Of a DNA stretch of 25,250 nucleotides, positions 17,701 to 25,250 are shown piece by piece. Each line of letters begins with the position of its first letter. Positions within the stretch are counted from its first letter, which is position 1. Both the position numbers and the translations under genes were made by a program. Origin of the DNA: Candidatus Hadarchaeota archaeon (GTDB lineage: Archaea > Hadarchaeota > Hadarchaeia > Hadarchaeales > Hadarchaeaceae); NCBI GenBank assembly GCA_964654915.1, contig CAZZKZ010000166.1, positions 1 through 25,250 on the forward strand. Direction: 5' to 3'. A model generated the notes under the pieces. That model was given only the letters and a program-made list of their open reading frames with translations. It was not told the origin of the DNA and ran no database searches.

Positions 17701-18035
17701 TCCAAGTTCTCACGCACCAGCCGACCGAGGGCAGGGCGAGGGAGGGCGGTCTCAGGTTCGGTGAGATGGAGCGCGACTGCCTGATAGGCCACGGAGCCGC
17801 AATGCTCCTGAAGGAGAGGCTGCTGGACGCCTCCGACAGGTACGTGGCGTATGTTTGCTCGAAGTGCGGGAACATAGGCTACTTCGACAACAAGAAGGGC
17901 AGGGCGGTCTGCAAGATCTGCGAGGAGGAGTCGGAGATGCACGAGATAGAGATCTCCCACGCTTTCAAGCTGCTGCTGGATGAGTTGAAATCGATGGGTC
18001 TGGCCCCAAGAATAAGAACGAAGGAGAGGGTGTAG
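14739..18035 (+). CDS. rpoB: RNA polymerase subunit B (Rpo2), unsplit
   Basis: [59 protein letters not shown] and the C-terminal Zn ribbon in one 1098-aa ORF; no intein-sized insertion. Confidence 0.99.
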   Translation: MRDTWACVEAFFRRKGLVRQHLDSYNDFIKRRLQQIIDEIGKIDLDIEGIHVKLGRIRLGSPKAYEAAEGQIDLWPNEARLRGLSYTAPLYLEMSLVEQGKEKPPEEVYIGEFPVMVRSEACRLYGLSEEELIKRGEDPLDPGGYFIINGSERVIVAQEDLVSNYILVEKDERMGVEVAKVFSSHGGFRAFVVVERKRDGLLRISFPSVPGQIPFVVMMRALGLERDRDIVSAISDDPEMLEDLHENLIEEKDVKTTKDALDFIGKRVAVGQPESYRRQRAEEILDRYFLPHIGTSKEDRIRKAYYLGRMAKLVIELALGRRDPDDKDHYANKRLKLAGDLLENIFRLAFNNLTKDMKYQIEKAYSRQRLIQLKSMARADILTERIRHAISTGTWPGGRTGISQLLDRPNSIAAVSHLRRIVSPLSRSQPHFEARDLHSTHWGRICPVETPEGPNCGLVKNLALTAEISIGTDEREVERWLEKLGVRKIEKMSERREETLVYINGRLVGICEDGRKLASEIRELRRKGRISEQVNVGYKPDTNELKINTDSGRIRRPVFVAENGRPKITDEMIEKIERGEIGWDDLVREGVVEYLDADEEENALIAVYENELTEEHTHLELHPLAILGIGGALVPYAEHNQSPRNTYGANMAKQALGVPFTDLYSRSDTRAHFYHYPQVPLVYTKIMDIVGFDKRPAGQNLVVAIATYGGYNMEDAIIVNKASIERGMGRSTFYRLYETEEIRYPGGQMDKIEIPPEEIKGVASSEAYRNLEEDGITVVEAEVKGEDVLIGKTSPPRFLEEAGEIGIGEKRRESSIRVRPQEKGITDMVCITTTPDGTKFVRVRVRDQRIPEIGDKFASRHGQKGVIGMILDARDMPFTADGIIPDIIINPHAIPSRMSVGQLLEMVAGKVGAMLGKRIDGTPFSSTPEAELRNLLKELGFKSTGREVMYNGITGEVIPVEIFIGVCYYQKLHHMVADKIHARPHGPVQVLTHQPTEGRAREGGLRFGEMERDCLIGHGAAMLLKERLLDASDRYVAYVCSKCGNIGYFDNKKGRAVCKICEEESEMHEIEISHAFKLLLDELKSMGLAPRIRTKERV

Positions 18036-18037
18036 AG

Positions 18038-21830
<3,793 letters not shown>

Positions 21831-21836
21831 TCTTCT

Positions 21837-22139
21837 ATGGACATGGAGAAGGAGCTCGCCAGGGCGATGCAGACGGGGAAGGTCGTTCTCGGGACGGACA
21901 GGTCGCTCAAAGCCGTGAAGAGGGGGGAGGCCAAGCTTGTCATACTCGCGTCCAACTGTCCGGAGGATGTAGCCGACGACTTCAAGCACTACTCGAAAAT
22001 TTCAGAGCTCAAGGTGATTCATCTGGACAAGAACAGCAGAGAGCTTGGCATAATTTGCGGTGTCCCCTTCACGGTGAACGTTCTGGCGGTGATAGACCCG
22101 GGGGACTCGGCGATCCTCTCGGCGGTGGGCTCCGGATGA
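21837..22139 (+). CDS. rpl30e: 50S ribosomal protein L30e
   Basis: TGKVVLG, AKLVILASNCP, ELGIICGVPF.V. Confidence 0.96.
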   Translation: MDMEKELARAMQTGKVVLGTDRSLKAVKRGEAKLVILASNCPEDVADDFKHYSKISELKVIHLDKNSRELGIICGVPFTVNVLAVIDPGDSAILSAVGSG

Positions 22140-22564
22140 TAAAGCTGACGACGGAAGAGATAAGGTACATCGGACTTTTCGAGCAAATAACAAAAGTGCC
22201 GGCGAAGGACTGCGTGATCGACGAAGTCTCGAACAGCCTCGTGACCTTCGTGGTGGATGAGAACAAAATGGGGATGGCGGTCGGCATGGGGGGCTCCAAC
22301 GTGAGGCGCCTCAAGAAGATAATCGGAAAGGATGTGGATCTGGTCGCATTTTCAGAGGATCCCCTGCAGCTCGCCAAAAACGCCCTGGCACCCGCGGTCG
22401 CCGAGAAGGTGGAGGTTGTGGAGAAGAACGGGAAGAAGGTGATAGTGGTGACGATGGACTACCAGAACAGGAAGTTGGCGATCGGGAAGGGAGGGAGGCG
22501 CATAAGAAACGCCAGAAAGATCGTCCAGAGGCACCACGGGATAGAGGACATCGTCTTCAGGTGA
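22136..22564 (+). CDS. nusA: Archaeal NusA-like (double KH) factor
   Basis: MIKLTTEEIRYIGLFE, KDCVID, MGMAVGMGGSNV, AIGKGGRRI; ATG 22136 overlaps the rpl30e stop (ATGA). Confidence 0.95.
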   Translation: MIKLTTEEIRYIGLFEQITKVPAKDCVIDEVSNSLVTFVVDENKMGMAVGMGGSNVRRLKKIIGKDVDLVAFSEDPLQLAKNALAPAVAEKVEVVEKNGKKVIVVTMDYQNRKLAIGKGGRRIRNARKIVQRHHGIEDIVFR

Positions 22565-22574
22565 TTTTTTAAAC
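22563..22574 (+). other. Oligo-T/TTTAAA element (terminator or internal rps12 promoter)
   Basis: GATTTTTTAAAC at the nusA stop; an identical copy lies at 23660-23671. Confidence 0.4.
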
Positions 22575-22606
22575 CTGACCGCGATTAACTTTTGTTAGGT
22601 GTCGAT

Positions 22607-23041
22607 ATGAAGTCCCCGACCGGAGAGTTCGCGGCGAGAAAGCTGGCGGCGACCAGGCAGAAGTTCAGGTGGAAGGATGCGAGCTACAAGAGGAGAATGC
22701 TCAAGCTGAAGGAGAAGTACGACCCGCTGGAGGGTGCACCCCAAGCCAGAGGAATAGTCCTCGAGAAGGTCGGGATAGAGGCCAAGCAGCCTAACTCGGC
22801 CATAAGGAAATGCGTGAGGGTTCAGCTGATAAAGAACGGGAAGCAGGTCACGGCCTTCGCCCCGGGAGACGGCGCGATCGGGTTCATAGACGAGCACGAC
22901 GAGGTCGTGATAGAGGGGATAGGCGGCGCGAAGGGCAGGTCGTACGGGGATCTGCCGGGGGTTAGGTACAGGGTGGTCATGGTCAACGGAGTTTCCCTCA
23001 AGGAGCTTGTGAAGGGCAGAAAGGAGAAGCCCACGAGGTGA
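22607..23041 (+). CDS. rps12: 30S ribosomal protein S12 (uS12)
   Basis: [40 protein letters not shown]; ATG 22607 after AGGTG. Confidence 0.98.
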   Translation: MKSPTGEFAARKLAATRQKFRWKDASYKRRMLKLKEKYDPLEGAPQARGIVLEKVGIEAKQPNSAIRKCVRVQLIKNGKQVTAFAPGDGAIGFIDEHDEVVIEGIGGAKGRSYGDLPGVRYRVVMVNGVSLKELVKGRKEKPTR

Positions 23042-23045
23042 GAGT

Positions 23046-23651
23046 CTGTCGTTCAAGTACTTCGGGAAGTGGGATGTGGGTGAAGTGGTTGTCAGGGATC
23101 CAGGCCTGAAGAGGTACATTCAACTTGAACCGAAGCTGGCCGTCCACACCTGCGGGAGGCACGCGAACAGGCAGTTCGCGAAGGCCCAGGTTCCGATAGT
23201 TGAGAGGCTCATGAACAAGCTGATGAGGTCGGGCCCCGGAGCTAGGAAGCTCAGGGGCAAGGTCATAAGGGGAGGCGGGGCGACGGGCAAGAAGATGAAG
23301 GCCTACAACATAGTGAGGAGGGCCCTTGAGATAATCGAGCAGAGAACGGGGAAGAACCCCATACAGGTTCTGGTCGACGCCGTTCAGAACGCGGCCCCGA
23401 GGGAGGAGACGACGAGGCTGACCTACGGCGGGATAACATACTACGTGGCGGTTGACTCCGCTCCGCAGAGAAGGCTGGACATAGCGCTGAGGAACCTCGC
23501 GGCCCGGGCCTACGCGGCGTCCTTCAACAACAAGAAGCCGATAGAGGAGTGTCTGGCCGAGGAGATAATCCTTGCGGCGAACAACGACACCAAGAGCTTC
23601 GCGGTCGCGCAGAAGGAGGAAATCGAGAGGATAGCGAAGGGTGCCAGGTGA
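23046..23651 (+). CDS. rps7: 30S ribosomal protein S7 (uS7), probable CTG start
   Basis: [58 protein letters not shown]. The first canonical start in frame is GTG 23076, downstream of the conserved FGKW. Confidence 0.95.
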   Translation: MSFKYFGKWDVGEVVVRDPGLKRYIQLEPKLAVHTCGRHANRQFAKAQVPIVERLMNKLMRSGPGARKLRGKVIRGGGATGKKMKAYNIVRRALEIIEQRTGKNPIQVLVDAVQNAAPREETTRLTYGGITYYVAVDSAPQRRLDIALRNLAARAYAASFNNKKPIEECLAEEIILAANNDTKSFAVAQKEEIERIAKGAR

Positions 23652-23659
23652 ACCCTCCG

Positions 23660-23671
23660 GATTTTTTAAAC
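23660..23671 (+). terminator. Putative oligo-T terminator after rps7
   Basis: T6 run 10 nt after the rps7 stop, followed by a separate promoter for tuf. Confidence 0.45.
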
Positions 23672-23718
23672 ATGGGTTTTCGCGTTTAAACCTCGAAAGT
23701 TTCAGGGACCCGCCGCAA

Positions 23719-23733
23719 GAAAAAATTTAAATA
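23719..23733 (+). promoter_or_regulatory. Strong BRE/TATA promoter for tuf
   Basis: GAAAAAA-TTTAAATA about 35 nt before ATG 23767, with the Shine-Dalgarno AAGGTGA at 23756-23762. Confidence 0.7.
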
Positions 23734-23766
23734 CCCTTCGCAGGAGAGAATAAGGAAGGTGAAGGA

Positions 23767-25029
23767 ATGGCGAAGCCGCACCTGAACATAGTGACGATAG
23801 GACACGTCGACCACGGCAAGTCGACCCTGATGGGCAGGCTCCTCTACGAGACGGGGGCGGTCAAGGAGGAGGACATAAAAAAGTTCGAGGCGATGGGCGA
23901 CAAGGGCAAGACCTTCAAGTTCGCCTGGGTGATGGATGCCCTTAAGGAGGAGAGGGAGCGCGGGCTCACGATAGATCTCGCCCACAAAAAGTTTGAAACT
24001 TCCAAATACTACTTCACGATCATCGATGCTCCGGGTCACAGGGACTTCGTCAAGAACATGATAACAGGGGCCAGCCAGGCGGACGGCGCAGTCCTTGTTG
24101 TTGCGGCGGATGACGGGATAATGCCGCAGACGAGGGAGCACGCCGCTCTGGCCTTCACGCTCGGTGTGGGCCAGCTGATAGTTGTCATAAACAAGATGGA
24201 TCTCGTGGATTACAAGCAGGAGGTCTTTGAAAAGCTGAAGAGGGAGGTGTCGGACCTCCTGAGGGCCGTTGGATACAGGAACGTTGAAAAGTTCAATTTT
24301 GTTCCGGCGGCCGCCTTCCACGGGGACAACGTGACGAAGAGGAGCGAGAAGATGAAGTGGTACAACGGGCCGACGGTGCTCGAGGCCCTCGACCACTTCG
24401 AGGTGCCCCCGAAGCCGATCGACAAGCCCCTCCGCATCCCGATCCAAGACGTCTACTCGATAACGGGTGTTGGGACAGTTCCCGTCGGGAGGGTAGAGAC
24501 CGGTGTGCTGAAGGTCGGTGACACGGTTGTGTTTGAGCCGGCGGGTGTGAAGGGAGAGGTAAAATCGATAGAGATGCACCACGAGTCGATCCCGAAGGCA
24601 GAGCCCGGAGACAACATCGGGTTCAACGTCCGCGGTGTCGAGAAGAAGGCCCTCAAGAGGGGAGACGTGGCTGGACATCCGGACAAGCCACCGACAGTGG
24701 TCAGGGAGTTCACCGCCCGCATAGCCGTCCTGCAGCACCCGACAGCGATTGCGGCGGGATACACTCCGGTCTTCCACGTTCACACGGCCCAGGTTGCCTG
24801 CAAGATATCGCAGATAGTGAACAAGCTTGACCCCAAGACCGGTGCACCGGTGGAGCAGAACCCGCAGTTCATAAAGAAGGGAGACATGGCGACGATTGTG
24901 GTTACACCCACGAAGCCGATGGTCATAGAGAAAGCCTCCGAGATCCCGCAGCTCAGCAGGTTCGCGATAAGGGACATGGGAATGACGATCGCGGCCGGCG
25001 TCTGCGTGGATGTTGTTCCGGCCAAGTAA
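23767..25029 (+). CDS. tuf: Elongation factor 1-alpha (aEF-1A)
   Basis: [51 protein letters not shown]. Confidence 0.99.
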   Translation: MAKPHLNIVTIGHVDHGKSTLMGRLLYETGAVKEEDIKKFEAMGDKGKTFKFAWVMDALKEERERGLTIDLAHKKFETSKYYFTIIDAPGHRDFVKNMITGASQADGAVLVVAADDGIMPQTREHAALAFTLGVGQLIVVINKMDLVDYKQEVFEKLKREVSDLLRAVGYRNVEKFNFVPAAAFHGDNVTKRSEKMKWYNGPTVLEALDHFEVPPKPIDKPLRIPIQDVYSITGVGTVPVGRVETGVLKVGDTVVFEPAGVKGEVKSIEMHHESIPKAEPGDNIGFNVRGVEKKALKRGDVAGHPDKPPTVVREFTARIAVLQHPTAIAAGYTPVFHVHTAQVACKISQIVNKLDPKTGAPVEQNPQFIKKGDMATIVVTPTKPMVIEKASEIPQLSRFAIRDMGMTIAAGVCVDVVPAK

Positions 25030-25070
25030 GCTTTTTTACCCCTTTCATCACCTTTAGAGAAGGGGTAGTC

Positions 25071-25250
25071 GTGCAGAAGGCAAGGATAAAGCTCAGCAGC
25101 ACGGACGTGAGAAAGCTCGAGGAGGTCTGCTCACAGATAGTGGATATTGCCAAGCGCGGCGGTGTGGATTACTCAGGCCCGGTTCCCCTCCCCACGAAGA
25201 AGATAAAGATAGTCACGAGGAAATCGCCCGACGGGGAGGGAACCGCGACC
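25071..25250 (+). CDS. rps10: 30S ribosomal protein S10 (uS10), 5' part, runs off the window
   Basis: GTG start; translated by hand as [60 protein letters not shown] (uS10 motifs GPVPLPTK and TRKSPDGEG). Confidence 0.96.
   Translation, partial: MQKARIKLSSTDVRKLEEVCSQIVDIAKRGGVDYSGPVPLPTKKIKIVTRKSPDGEGTAT

Noticed and set aside
23699-23708. GTTTCAGGGA matches the first 10 nt of the CRISPR repeat
   Set aside because: A 10-nt match to some part of a 37-nt repeat is expected by chance in 25 kb on two strands; the flanks do not match and there is no second copy.

Overview
GC-rich archaeal chromosomal window that is almost entirely housekeeping. An unsplit Rpo2, a split Rpo1 and a Thermococcales-like EF-1alpha segment suggest a Thermococci/Hadarchaeota-related lineage (inference). 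Left to right: (i) the end of a CRISPR array (37-nt repeat, 2 spacers, no cas genes in view); (ii) a tightly packed + strand run carA-carB-nnrE-nreA-radical SAM-aroC-aroK-[chorismate mutase/HTH/ACT fusion]-cupin GPI; (iii) a - strand RPA32-like/aIF-2beta/DUF424 cluster divergent from cgi121; (iv) a - strand tandem PhoU/TrkA-C gene plus a 100-aa hypothetical; (v) tRNA-Lys(UUU) followed by rpoH-B-A'-A''-rpl30e-nusA-rps12-rps7-tuf-rps10 (partial), with no EF-2 gene. The best novelty candidates are: the chorismate mutase fused in frame to a COG2150-like HTH+ACT regulator, with an internal RBS/ATG and a Gln88->Glu-type active site; a probable CTG start for rps7; the NreA/radical SAM pair; a CRISPR array with conflicting orientation cues; and a hairpin over the rps10 RBS. 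No database searches were run, so family assignments come from motif recognition and memory.
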